NCBI GenBank assembly: GCA_964291495.2
Contig: OZ219871.1
Location: 1,303,355 to 1,367,354, forward strand
DNA from: Dehalococcoidia bacterium
Lineage (GTDB): Bacteria > Chloroflexota > Dehalococcoidia > UBA2979
DNA length: 64,000 bases
Direction: 5' to 3'
Under the pieces are notes generated by a model that did not search any database, was not told the origin of the DNA, and was given only the letters and a program-made list of their open reading frames with translations. Below, piece by piece: positions 19,190-30,386 of this stretch. The translations under genes and the position numbers were made by a program. The stretch's first letter is position 1; every line of letters begins with the position of its first letter.

Positions 19190-19585
19190 CCTTGTGGCCC
19201 TCCGGCGCTCCGGCGGCGGCCTGACGCAGAAACGCGCGCCGGGCGACCACGCCCCGTACGGATGTCAACGAGCAATGCACACGTGTTGGCAAACACGCGA
19301 ACGCGACCACTGGCCCCGCTGTGTCTATCCAGGGCCAGCCGCTCCCTCGCCCCCGCGATTCCAGCTTCGAGGGTGACCCTACGTGATTCCAATGCCCTTG
19401 GCAGACGGGAGGCTAGCGAACCAGCGGCTTCCTCGACAAGCCTGTTATGTGAGCATCGCAGTGGTTTCCCCGGCACTTTATGCGGTTCGGGATGATGTTG
19501 GGATGAACTGTGTATAATCCGCGCCCTCGCCGCCACGCCCGCCGACTCACGATCCGCGCCGCACAAAGTCCCGGAGCCGAACCCT
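19190..19585. other. dnaA-coaX divergent intergenic region; dnaA promoter region and weak replication-origin candidate
   Basis: 396-nt non-coding spacer, less GC-rich than coding DNA. One 8/9 DnaA-box match, TGTGTATAA (19509-19517), which also contains TATAAT at 19513-19518. A weaker related copy, TGTGTCTAT, is at 19320-19328. Predominant gene orientation switches from minus (left) to plus (right) here. Confidence 0.3.
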
Positions 19586-20356
19586 GTGCTTCTCGCCATC
19601 GACATCGGCAACACGAGCATCACGATCGGCGTCTATGACGGGGCGCACCTCGCGGCGCGCTTCCGCCTAGCCAGCAACGACGACCGGCCCGCCGATGAGT
19701 ACACGCGCGAACTCACCGCCCTTCTGGGCAACGCGGGCGTCGAGCCCGCTCGGACTACCGGGGTGGCGCTCTCCTCAACCGTTCCCACCCTCGAGGCAAC
19801 CTTCGTCTCGGTCTGCCGCGACGGCTTCGGCTGCGAACCGCTGGTCGTCGGCGCGGACCTGCACATCGGCATCCCGATCCGCTGCGACAACCCCCACGAG
19901 GTCGGAGCGGACCGCATCCTGCACGCCGTCGCCGCGCTCAGACGGCACGCCCCGCCGTTGATCGTCGTGGACCTCGGGACGGCGCTCGTTCTCGACGCGA
20001 TCTCCGCCGAGGGCGACTACCTGGGCGGCGCGATCGCGCCGGGAATCGGCATCGCCGCGGAGGCGCTGTTCGAGCGCGCCGCGAAGCTGCCGTGCGTCCC
20101 CCTCGAGCCCCCTGGCGCCGACGGCGCGATCGGTCGCAACACGAAAGACTCGATGCAGTCGGGTATCGTGTACGGCTACGCGGAGATGGTGTGCGGCATG
20201 GTGCGGCGCTTCAAGGCAGAGATCGGCCCGCGGGCCAAGGTGATCGCCACCGGCGGCTACGCCGCCCTGATCGCCGACGCCGCCTGCTGCATCGACGCCG
20301 TTGAGGACGACCTCAATCTCGAGGGCCTGCGCCTGGTCTACGAGGCGAACCGATGA
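19586..20356 (+). CDS. coaX: type III pantothenate kinase
   Basis: LLAIDIGNTSITIGVY..., GADR, ATGGYA. GTG start. Confidence 0.92.
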   Translation: MLLAIDIGNTSITIGVYDGAHLAARFRLASNDDRPADEYTRELTALLGNAGVEPARTTGVALSSTVPTLEATFVSVCRDGFGCEPLVVGADLHIGIPIRCDNPHEVGADRILHAVAALRRHAPPLIVVDLGTALVLDAISAEGDYLGGAIAPGIGIAAEALFERAAKLPCVPLEPPGADGAIGRNTKDSMQSGIVYGYAEMVCGMVRRFKAEIGPRAKVIATGGYAALIADAACCIDAVEDDLNLEGLRLVYEANR

Positions 20357-21588
20357 CCATGCAGCCAACAGCCGCGCCCGCGCCGCTGAGCGGCCGCACG
20401 ATCGTGCTCGGCGTGAGCGGCTCGATCGCCGCCTACAAGGCCGTCGAGGTCACGAGCCGCCTCGTGCAGGCGGGCGCAGCGGTCGAGGTCGTGATGACCG
20501 AGGCCGCCACAAAGTTCATTGGGCCATTGACATTCCGGGGCATCACCGGGCGCGAGCCGTTCGTCGATCTCTGGGCGACGGCCGGGCCGCACGCCGAGCC
20601 GCACGTCGCCCTGGGGCGCAGCGCCGACCTCTACCTGATCGCGCCGGCCAGCGCTTCGACGATCGCGCGGATCGCGCACGGCATCGCCGACGACTTCGTC
20701 TCGCTGACCGCGCTGGCGATGCGCGGACCGGTGCTGATCGCGCCCGCGATGGACGCGCAGATGTGGGCCAACGCCGCCACGCGCGACAACGTCGCCCTGC
20801 TCCGGGAGCGCGGCATCGAGTTCCTCGGCCCCGTCGATGGGCGCCTCGCTTCCGGCGAGGTGGGCGCGGGGCGCTTGCTGGAGCCGGCCGCCATCGTCGA
20901 CCAGCTCAAGGCGCGCCTCGGGCGGGCCCACGGCGACCTCGCGGGCAAGCGCATCGCCGTCACCGCCGGCGGCACGCGCGAGCCGGCCGACCCCGTGCGC
21001 TTCATCGGCAATCGCTCGACCGGCAAGATGGGCCACGCCGTCGCCGAGGCGGCGCGCGACCGCGGCGCCGACGTGGTGCTGATCACCAGCGCCGAACTCG
21101 CCCCTCCCGGCGCCACCGAGGTCGTCCATGTCGAGACGGCTCACGAGATGCTCGCCGCCCTCGAGGCGCACGTCCCGACCTGCGACGCGCTGGTCATGGC
21201 CGCCGCCGTCGCCGACTACCGCCCCGCCGCGTCGCTGGCGCACAAGCAGAAGCGCGGGGGCCGCGAGCACTGGTCGCTCGACCTGGAACGCAACCCGGAC
21301 CTGATCGCCTCGATCCAGCGCGAGGGGCTGATCAAGGTCGCGTTCGCCGCGGAGACGGACGACCTGCTGCAGAACGCGGCGCACAAGCTGATCGCGAAGG
21401 ACGCGCACCTCATGGTTGCGAACGACGTGAGCGCCGAGGACGCCGGCTTCGCCGTCGATACCAACCGCGTCGTCATCCTCGACCGCAACGGCGGCTGCGA
21501 CGAGCTCCCGCTGCTCTCGAAGTACGACTGCTCGCACCTGATCCTCGACCGGCTGGCGGCGCTGCTCCCGGGCAACTCCCGCCGCTAG
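20353..21588 (+). CDS. coaBC: bifunctional phosphopantothenoylcysteine decarboxylase / phosphopantothenate-cysteine ligase
   Basis: IVLGVSGSIAAYKAVEVTSRLVQAGAAVEVVMTEAATKFI (flavoprotein domain) and a C-terminal DFP ligase domain (FIGNRSTGKMG). ATGA overlap with coaX. Confidence 0.93.
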   Translation: MTMQPTAAPAPLSGRTIVLGVSGSIAAYKAVEVTSRLVQAGAAVEVVMTEAATKFIGPLTFRGITGREPFVDLWATAGPHAEPHVALGRSADLYLIAPASASTIARIAHGIADDFVSLTALAMRGPVLIAPAMDAQMWANAATRDNVALLRERGIEFLGPVDGRLASGEVGAGRLLEPAAIVDQLKARLGRAHGDLAGKRIAVTAGGTREPADPVRFIGNRSTGKMGHAVAEAARDRGADVVLITSAELAPPGATEVVHVETAHEMLAALEAHVPTCDALVMAAAVADYRPAASLAHKQKRGGREHWSLDLERNPDLIASIQREGLIKVAFAAETDDLLQNAAHKLIAKDAHLMVANDVSAEDAGFAVDTNRVVILDRNGGCDELPLLSKYDCSHLILDRLAALLPGNSRR

Positions 21589-21931
21589 GGCGCGGCCGCT
21601 GAGGCAGCTCTCGGATACGTCGTGGATAACCGCCGACTCGCTGTTCGCGGGCTCCGCGTAACCTCGGGTCCCCTTCAGGTGGGCTCGGACGGCAGGCGCT
21701 GCCGGTCGGCGACCCCTCCCCAACTGCCCACGATCTGCTCACGAGTGTTCTCTCTTTACTCCGAAGCTCCCCACGCCCCGGAACCTGCGGTATCGGCTAC
21801 CCGCCCGCCCGAAACCGGTTCCCGTCCACATCCCGCACGGCCCTACTACTACGACGTTCCCCCACCCAGACATCCGTGCCCCCTGGTCCTGCCGTGGACA
21901 AGTACCCTCGCCGCGTTGTGGAGTAGATCCC

Positions 21932-23230
21932 GTGATCGACCAGGTTGAGATCGAAGTAGCTGCCGGGAAGGGCGGCGACGGGATCGTCTCGTTCCGCCGA
22001 GAGAAATTCGTGCCGCACGGGGGCCCCGACGGCGGCGATGGTGGCCGAGGGGGCTCGGTCGGGTTCGTTGCGGACCGGACGGTGACGGGACTTGGCGCCT
22101 ATCGTGACGGGCGGATTCGGGTGGCGCCGCTCGGGCAGCCGGGCAGCTCCTCACAACGCCGCGGCGCCTCGGGCGAGGACCTGTGGTTGCCTGTGCCCGT
22201 GGGCTGCGTGGTGTGGGACCTGGAATCCGGGAGTGCGCTGCAAGAGTCGCCCGGTGGCGAAGAGCGCGGGCCGTTCGCGGACCTCGCGGAGAACGGCGCC
22301 CAGGCGATCGTTGCGAGGGGTGGCCGTGGCGGCTGGGGCAACAAGCGATTCGCCACGGCGACCCGGCGGACACCACGCTTCGCCCAGCGCGGGATGGCGG
22401 GTGAGCGCCGTCGGCTGAGGCTCGAGCTGAAGCTGCTGGCGGACGTGGGCCTCGTGGGGTTGCCGAACGCGGGCAAGTCGACACTGCTCGGCGCGTGGTC
22501 GGCGGCGCACCCGAAGGTGGCCGCGTACCCGTTCACGACGCTCGAGCCGGAGCTGGGGGTAGTCGAACTCGGTTACGACTCGTTCGTCGCGGCGGACATG
22601 CCGGGCCTGATCGAGGGCGCAAGCCAGGGCGTGGGGCTCGGGCACGAGTTCCTGCGGCACATCGAGCGCACGCGGGTGCTCGTGCACGTGCTCGATATGA
22701 CGCGGGACGACCCGCTCGCCGACCGCGAGCTGATCGACCGCGAGCTGGCGGAGTTCGGCCATGGTCTGTCCGGGAAACCGCAGCTGCTGGCCCTGAACAA
22801 GATCGACGACCCGGACGCACGGGCGCACGTTGAGTTGATCGAGGAGCTGCTGGAAGCGCAGGAGACGCCGTGGCTCGCCATCTCGGCGGCCTCGCTGGAA
22901 GGCACGCGGCAACTCGCCGAGCGAGCCTTCCAGCTGCTCCGGGAGCAGTTGCTGCGAGAGGAGGCCGAGGTTGCGCCGCCGCCGTTGGTGGAGCCGCTCG
23001 AGGTCCGGCGCGAGCGCTTCCATGTCGAGCGGGATGCGATGGGCGGCGTAGTTGTGCGCGGCCGCACCCCTGAGTGGCTGGCGGCGACGTTCGACCTCGA
23101 GGACCACGAGGCGCGCGAGGAGTTGCTCGACCGGCTGCGGCGGCTGGGTCTGGCGCGCGCTCTCTCGCGCGAGGGCGTGACGCCCGGCACGACGATCCAC
23201 GTCGGCGACGTCGCGCTGGTCTGGGAGTAG
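21932..23230 (+). CDS. obg: GTPase Obg/CgtA
   Basis: IDQVEIEVAAGKGGDGIVSFRREKFVPHGGPDGGDGGRGGSV, G1 motif GLPNAGKSTLL. GTG start. Confidence 0.95.
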   Translation: MIDQVEIEVAAGKGGDGIVSFRREKFVPHGGPDGGDGGRGGSVGFVADRTVTGLGAYRDGRIRVAPLGQPGSSSQRRGASGEDLWLPVPVGCVVWDLESGSALQESPGGEERGPFADLAENGAQAIVARGGRGGWGNKRFATATRRTPRFAQRGMAGERRRLRLELKLLADVGLVGLPNAGKSTLLGAWSAAHPKVAAYPFTTLEPELGVVELGYDSFVAADMPGLIEGASQGVGLGHEFLRHIERTRVLVHVLDMTRDDPLADRELIDRELAEFGHGLSGKPQLLALNKIDDPDARAHVELIEELLEAQETPWLAISAASLEGTRQLAERAFQLLREQLLREEAEVAPPPLVEPLEVRRERFHVERDAMGGVVVRGRTPEWLAATFDLEDHEAREELLDRLRRLGLARALSREGVTPGTTIHVGDVALVWE

Positions 23231-23235
23231 GCGCG

Positions 23236-23844
23236 ATGCGCATCGGCGTCCTCGGTGGCACCTTCGACCCGCCGCACCTCGCACACCTCGTGCTGGCGTC
23301 GGCCGCGAGGCGCACGCTCGGCCTCGACCGCGTGCTCCTCGTGCCGGCGGGCGACCCGTGGCGCAAGGCGGGGAGCGGGGTATCGCCGGCGGCCGATCGC
23401 CTGGCGCTGACGCGTGCAGCCATCGAGGACGCACTGCCCTGGGCCGAGGTCAGCGAAATCGAGGTGCGCCGCAAGGGCCCCAGCTACACCGCCGAGACCC
23501 TCGAGGAACTGCAGGCGAAGGAGCCGGGCAACGAGTGGTGGTTCATCCTCGGCTGGGACGCGCTCGCCGACCTGCCGAACTGGCGGCGGCCGGAGCGCAT
23601 CCTCGAGCTGGCGCGCCTCGCCCTCGCCGAGCGGGGCGATGCGGACGCGGATGCGTTGCTGCCGCGTGCGGCAGCCGAGGCGTTTCCGGACCTCGCGGCT
23701 CGCGTAGACCGCGTGCCGATTCCGCGGCTCGATGTCTCCGCCTCGGAGCTGCGTCGCCGCCTGCGGGAGGGCGAGCCGACGGCGCCGCTGCTGCCGGTGG
23801 GCGTGCGGAAGCTGATCGCCGAACGTGGGCTCTACCGCGCCTGA
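23236..23844 (+). CDS. nadD: nicotinate-nucleotide adenylyltransferase
   Basis: Internal ATG at 23236: MRIGVLGGTFDPPHLAHL..., 5 nt after the obg stop. Confidence 0.92.
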   Translation: MRIGVLGGTFDPPHLAHLVLASAARRTLGLDRVLLVPAGDPWRKAGSGVSPAADRLALTRAAIEDALPWAEVSEIEVRRKGPSYTAETLEELQAKEPGNEWWFILGWDALADLPNWRRPERILELARLALAERGDADADALLPRAAAEAFPDLAARVDRVPIPRLDVSASELRRRLREGEPTAPLLPVGVRKLIAERGLYRA

Positions 23845-23853
23845 CGCCCGCCG

Positions 23854-24546
23854 TTACGCCTGGTCGGGTGGGCGCCCGAAGAGGATCGAGGCGCGGGGGA
23901 CCGGCGGGAAGAGGAATGGGCGCAGTCCCGCCTCGACGGCGAAGGGAAAGCCTGCCTCCTGTGCGAAGCGCAGCAGCGTGCGCCCCGATCGCAACTGCGG
24001 CGAGCGCACGTGGCGGCCCAGCCAGCGCCGGTTCCAGGCGTCGAGGAAGCGCCGCCCGGTCGACGCGAACTCCCAGATCAGCGCCAGTCCGCCGGGCGCG
24101 AGCACGCGCCAGACCTCGTCGAGCAGGTCGCGCAAGCCGTCGTCATCGAGGTGCTTCACCAGGTAGCCGCAGAGCACGAGGTCGAAGGCGCCCGAGGCGA
24201 GCGGCAGGCTCGTCGCCGAGCCCTGTACGAGGTCGAGCAGGCGGCCGCTCGAGCGGTTGTCGCGCCGAGCGTGCCTTAACGCCGCGCGCGAGAAGTCGAG
24301 GCCCACGGGCGGTTGCTTGAAGCCCACGCGTCCGTCCATGAAGCGTGGCACGGAGCCACGGCCGCAGCCGATGTCGAGCACGCGCAGGTCCGGCTCCATG
24401 CCCAGCTCGTCGGGCAGTCTCAGCAGCGGCCCGTTCATCACGAACGCGCCCTGCGGGCCAAGCGCCCAGCGCAGCCCTGTCGCGGCCAGCCCCGGCCGGC
24501 TCAACAGGCGTTCGTACTCGTCGAGGCGGGTCCGCTCGAAGCTCAT
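23854..24546 (-). CDS. class I SAM-dependent methyltransferase
   Basis: Start at ATG 24546 (MSFERTRLDEYE...). Motif I is RVLDIGCGRGS. The track ORF extends to 24678, but that part is Arg-rich. Confidence 0.85.
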   Translation of the reverse strand: MSFERTRLDEYERLLSRPGLAATGLRWALGPQGAFVMNGPLLRLPDELGMEPDLRVLDIGCGRGSVPRFMDGRVGFKQPPVGLDFSRAALRHARRDNRSSGRLLDLVQGSATSLPLASGAFDLVLCGYLVKHLDDDGLRDLLDEVWRVLAPGGLALIWEFASTGRRFLDAWNRRWLGRHVRSPQLRSGRTLLRFAQEAGFPFAVEAGLRPFLFPPVPRASILFGRPPDQA

Positions 24547-24577
24547 GAGTGAATCGTGGCACGCCGGCGATCGGCGC

Positions 24578-25063
24578 TCAATCACCGGTCGCGGGCGGCC
24601 CCGGCTCGCCGAGGTCGAACGAGAGCCGCACGCGCGCGCCCTGCGCGGCCGCCCAGTCGCACATCGCCGCCAGCTCACCGAGCCGCGGCGCGAGGTCCTC
24701 GTAGCCCTCGAGCAGCTCGTCGAGCTGGCGGTCGCCGGCCGTGGTGGCCGCGGCGACGGCGCGGCAGCAGTCGGCGAGGGCCGCCGGGTCCTGCCACATC
24801 CGCTGCAACTCGCGGCGGTCCGCCTCGTCCTCGACGCGGCGGTCGGCGTAGCGCAGCAGCGGGCGCAGCGTGACCTTGTGCAGTGTCTCGATGCGGCTCG
24901 CCGCCCGCGCCAGCTCGTGCTGCGCCCCGAAGCGCAGCGAGAACGCCCACGACGCGAAGTACAGCACCACCGAGGAGTCGCCCTCGAACGCCACCGGGCA
25001 GGCCTCGTCCGCGTCGAACTCGACGTGGAGGGGCGGCGGGGCGTCCTCGGCAGGGCTGGTCAC
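24578..25063 (-). CDS. hypothetical acidic protein, unknown function (immediately downstream of gyrB)
   Basis: Track ORF with GTG start, 17 nt after the gyrB stop on the same strand. GC3-rich codons. No family recognised. Confidence 0.55.
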   Translation of the reverse strand: MTSPAEDAPPPLHVEFDADEACPVAFEGDSSVVLYFASWAFSLRFGAQHELARAASRIETLHKVTLRPLLRYADRRVEDEADRRELQRMWQDPAALADCCRAVAAATTAGDRQLDELLEGYEDLAPRLGELAAMCDWAAAQGARVRLSFDLGEPGPPATGD

Positions 25064-25080
25064 GGCGGGTGCTCGCGCCG

Positions 25081-27141
<2,061 letters not shown>

Positions 27142-27401
27142 TCAGTCCGTGCAGCGGCTACGGGACGGGGTACACGCCACGCGGCGGTTCGCCCGGATCG
27201 CATCTGCCGGGGAGGCGGATTCCGCGCCAGGCGAGAGGGCCTTTCGCGGTGAAATCACGTGACGAAACGGCTGCGTTGGACCTGATGTTCCCGGCACTTG
27301 GATAGTATACCTGATGAGCGCTGTTCGCGCTTGAGTTGCGGGGGTCTCGGGCGGTCCGCTGGCAGGCCCGGAGGCTTGGAACCACAACGGAAATCGCCGG
27401 T

Positions 27402-27854
27402 ATGGCACAGCAACGTAATCCTATCTCGATCACCCCCATCGGCGTCGTCCGCAACGGCGAACGCGACCCCGCTCGCCAGGACTGGACGCGCGTCCGCAGC
27501 CGCATCGAGTTGCACCCGGAACTCGCCCCCGCGCTCGATGGCCTCGAGGGCTTCTCGCACGTCATCGTCGTCGGCTGGCTCGACCGCATTCCGGAGGAGC
27601 TGCGGGAGCGCAGGCACGCGCATCCCGGCGGTGACGATCGGCTGCCGCTGCTCGGCGCGCTCGCGCTGCGCGGCGGCGCGCGGCCCAATCCGATCGCCGT
27701 TACCGTCTGCCGCCTGCGCGCGGCTGGCGACGCGGCCGTCGAGGTCGAGGGCCTCGACCTGATCGACGGCACGCCGGTGCTCGACATCAAGCCCTACATC
27801 GCCGTCTACGACTCGGAGCCGGACGCGACGCTGCCGGACTGGGCGCAGGGCTGA
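27402..27854 (+). CDS. trmO: tRNA (N6-threonylcarbamoyladenosine(37)-N6)-methyltransferase TrmO / TsaA (YaeB) family
   Basis: Internal ATG at 27402: MAQQRNPISITPIGVVRNGE..., GFSHVIVVGWLD, RPNPIAVTVCRL, DGTPVLDIKPYI. Confidence 0.85.
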   Translation: MAQQRNPISITPIGVVRNGERDPARQDWTRVRSRIELHPELAPALDGLEGFSHVIVVGWLDRIPEELRERRHAHPGGDDRLPLLGALALRGGARPNPIAVTVCRLRAAGDAAVEVEGLDLIDGTPVLDIKPYIAVYDSEPDATLPDWAQG

Positions 27855-27900
27855 GGCGGGAGGCGTTGCGCCAGCACGCTGCCCGTCCGACGCTGGCGGC

Positions 27901-28992
27901 ATGGACATCGCGATCGTCGGGCTGCCGGGATCGGGCAAGACCTCGCTCTTCAATGCGCTGACACGAGGCGAGGCGCAGGTCGGCGCCTACAGCTCGCGCC
28001 TGGAGCCGAACCTCGGCGTCGCCGCCGTGCCCGACGAGCGGCTCGACCGGCTCGCGGCGCAGGAAGGCTCGAGGCGCGTGACGCACGCGGAGCTGCGCCT
28101 CGCGGACTACCCGGCCGCGACCTTCGATGCGTCCGGCATCGACCGTCAGAGGCTGCAGGATCTGGCGCAGGCGGACGCGCTCATCCTCGTCGCCCGCGCC
28201 TTCGAGAACCCCGCCGTGCCCGCCCCCGAGGGCGGCGTCGACGCCGATCGCGACATCGAGGCGATGCAGCTCGAGCTGACCTACGCCGACCTCGCGTTGA
28301 TCGAACGGCGCATCGAGCGGATCGAGCCGGAGCTGCGCTCACTCCCCGCCGCCGAGCGGGGCGCGCTCGAGCAGGACCGGGCGCTGCTGCTGCGGCTGCG
28401 CGAGGCCCTCGAGGCGGGGAGCGCGCTGCGTGCGCTCGATCTCACCGAGGGGGAGCGGCGGCTGCTCGCGAGCTACCAGTTCGCCACGCGCCGGCCGCTG
28501 CTGATCCTCGTCAACGTCGACGAGGACGACCTGCCGCGCCTCGAGGAGATCGAGGCGGACCACGCCGGGCGGCACCGCGCCCCGGGCGTCGGTGTCGTCG
28601 CGCTCAGCGCGCGCATCGAGGCGGAGCTGGCGCAGATGGAGGCGGAGGAGGCGGCCGCGTTCCGAGGCGAGCTGGGCCTGCCGGAGCTGTCGCCGCTCGA
28701 TCGCGTGATCCGGGAGACGTACGACCTGCTCGGCGTACTCACCTTCCTCACCGCGAGCGACCGGGAGGCGCGCGCCTGGACGCTGCGCCGGGGCGGGACG
28801 GCCCTCGATGCGGCCGGCCGCATCCACAGCGACCTCGAACGCGGCTTCATCCGCGCCGAGGTCGCGCGCTGGGACGAGTGGCTGGAGGCGGGCAGCGAGG
28901 CGCAGCTGCGCCGCCAGGGCCGGTTGCGCACAGAGGGCCGCGACTACGAGGTGCAGGACGGCGATGTCGTGCACGTGCTCTTCAACGTCTGA
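27901..28992 (+). CDS. ychF: ribosome-binding / redox-regulated ATPase YchF
   Basis: MDIAIVGLPGSGKTSLFNALT and a C-terminal TGS-like ...RAEVARWDEW...GRDYEVQDGDVVHVLFNV. Confidence 0.9.
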   Translation: MDIAIVGLPGSGKTSLFNALTRGEAQVGAYSSRLEPNLGVAAVPDERLDRLAAQEGSRRVTHAELRLADYPAATFDASGIDRQRLQDLAQADALILVARAFENPAVPAPEGGVDADRDIEAMQLELTYADLALIERRIERIEPELRSLPAAERGALEQDRALLLRLREALEAGSALRALDLTEGERRLLASYQFATRRPLLILVNVDEDDLPRLEEIEADHAGRHRAPGVGVVALSARIEAELAQMEAEEAAAFRGELGLPELSPLDRVIRETYDLLGVLTFLTASDREARAWTLRRGGTALDAAGRIHSDLERGFIRAEVARWDEWLEAGSEAQLRRQGRLRTEGRDYEVQDGDVVHVLFNV

Positions 28993-29037
28993 GCACGTCA
29001 TGGGAGGCGGCGATATGATCGCTGCCGTGAGGCGACG

Positions 29038-29904
29038 ATGAGCGAACAACAGTCACCTGAGGACGTGCGCGCGCGCCTCGTCGAGGAGGTCGAGGCCGCC
29101 CTCGGCGGCGGCCCGGCCGTCGCCGTCGCGACGGTGATCGATCCGGGCGAGCAGGATGGTCTTCAGCTCGGCGCGAAGCTGCTCGTGCGCGCGGCCGGCG
29201 GGACGCTCGGCGCCCTCGGCGCGCCCGCGATCGACGAGGCCGCCGCGGAGGCGGGCCGTGCTGCGCTCTCCGCGCGCCCGCGCATCGAGGCGCAGACCGT
29301 CTACGTGCGCGCGCCCGGCGAGCTCGTCGAGCGGCGCTCGCGGGCGCGGCCGGGCGACGGCCGGCTCATGCTCGAGGTCTTCGAGGCGCCCGGACGCCTG
29401 CTGATCGTGGGCGGCGGCCACATCGGGTTGGCCCTCGCGACGATCGGTTCCACGCTCGGCTTCCAGGTGACCGTGATCGACGACCGCGAGGAGTTCGCCA
29501 ACCGCGAACGCTTCCCGATGGCCGCGGAGGTGATCGCCGGCGAGGTGGACGAGGAACTGGAGAAGCTCGCGATCGACGGGCGCACCTACGCGGTGATGGT
29601 CTCGCGCGGCCACCAGGTCGACGAGCTCGCGCTGCGCCACACGATCGGCCGCGGCGCCGCCTACGTCGGCATGATCGGCAGCCGCCGCCGCACCGGCACA
29701 GTCATCCAGCACCTTGTCGATGAGGGCTTGCCGCGCGAGGACCTCGAGGCGGTGCGCACGCCGATCGGGCTCGACATCGGCGCGGAGACGCCCGAGGAGA
29801 TCGCGCTCGCCATCCTCGCGGAGATGGTGATGCTGCAGCGCGGCGGCAGTGGCTCGCCGATGCGCGAGGTCAAGGGTCGCGCGCCCGCTGGGCAGGACGC
29901 GTAG
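29038..29904 (+). CDS. XdhC/CoxI family molybdoenzyme maturation factor (N- and C-terminal domains)
   Basis: N-terminal VAVATVIDPGE...GAKLLV and a Rossmann-like RLLIVGGGHIGLALATIGSTLGFQVTVIDDREEFANRERFP. Confidence 0.85.
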   Translation: MSEQQSPEDVRARLVEEVEAALGGGPAVAVATVIDPGEQDGLQLGAKLLVRAAGGTLGALGAPAIDEAAAEAGRAALSARPRIEAQTVYVRAPGELVERRSRARPGDGRLMLEVFEAPGRLLIVGGGHIGLALATIGSTLGFQVTVIDDREEFANRERFPMAAEVIAGEVDEELEKLAIDGRTYAVMVSRGHQVDELALRHTIGRGAAYVGMIGSRRRTGTVIQHLVDEGLPREDLEAVRTPIGLDIGAETPEEIALAILAEMVMLQRGGSGSPMREVKGRAPAGQDA

Positions 29905-29983
29905 CGCGGCGTCGCGCGCTGGTAGCGCGCTGGTAGACTGTATCGACACGACCGGCCGGGAGCCGGGCGGGACAAGGAACACG

Positions 29984-30301
29984 ATGGCAGACGCCGAACT
30001 GTTCGCCGAGATTCGCGAAGCGCAGGAGCGCCGGGAGCGCCGCGTGCTGGCGACCGTCGCCGACGCACGCGGCTCGACGCCGCGCAGCCCCGGCGCGCAG
30101 CTGCTGCTGCGCCCGGACGGTAGCTTCCGCGGCACGATCGGCGGCGGTTGCGGCGAGGCCGAGGTCTGGCAGGAGGCGATGGAGACGATGGCCGACGGCC
30201 GTCCGCGCATCGTCACCGTCGACCTGACCGAGGATGTCGAGGGCGACGACAAGATCTGCGGCGGCGTGATGGACGTATTCATCGAGAGGATCGCGGACTA
30301 G
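29984..30301 (+). CDS. stand-alone XdhC/CoxI N-terminal domain protein
   Basis: Internal ATG at 29984: MADAELFAEIREAQERRERRVLATVADARGSTPRSPGAQLLLRPDGSFRGTIGGGCGEAEV... Confidence 0.75.
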   Translation: MADAELFAEIREAQERRERRVLATVADARGSTPRSPGAQLLLRPDGSFRGTIGGGCGEAEVWQEAMETMADGRPRIVTVDLTEDVEGDDKICGGVMDVFIERIAD

Positions 30302-30386
30302 TCGCAGGGAGTTGCCCGCGGCGGCTGCGTGGTACGATTCGGCGTCCGCCGGCACGGCGGATGCGGCGCACGGAGGGGACTGACCG

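Noticed and set aside
21621-21629. CGTGGATAA, an 8/9 match to the DnaA box, just after coaBC
   Set aside because: It is a single isolated occurrence with no neighbouring boxes or AT-rich unwinding element, and is compatible with chance.
27255-27262. TCACGTGA palindrome in the gyrB-trmO divergent spacer, considered as an operator
   Set aside because: It is a single 8-bp palindrome with no second copy. I could not build a convincing -35/-10 pair around it on either strand.
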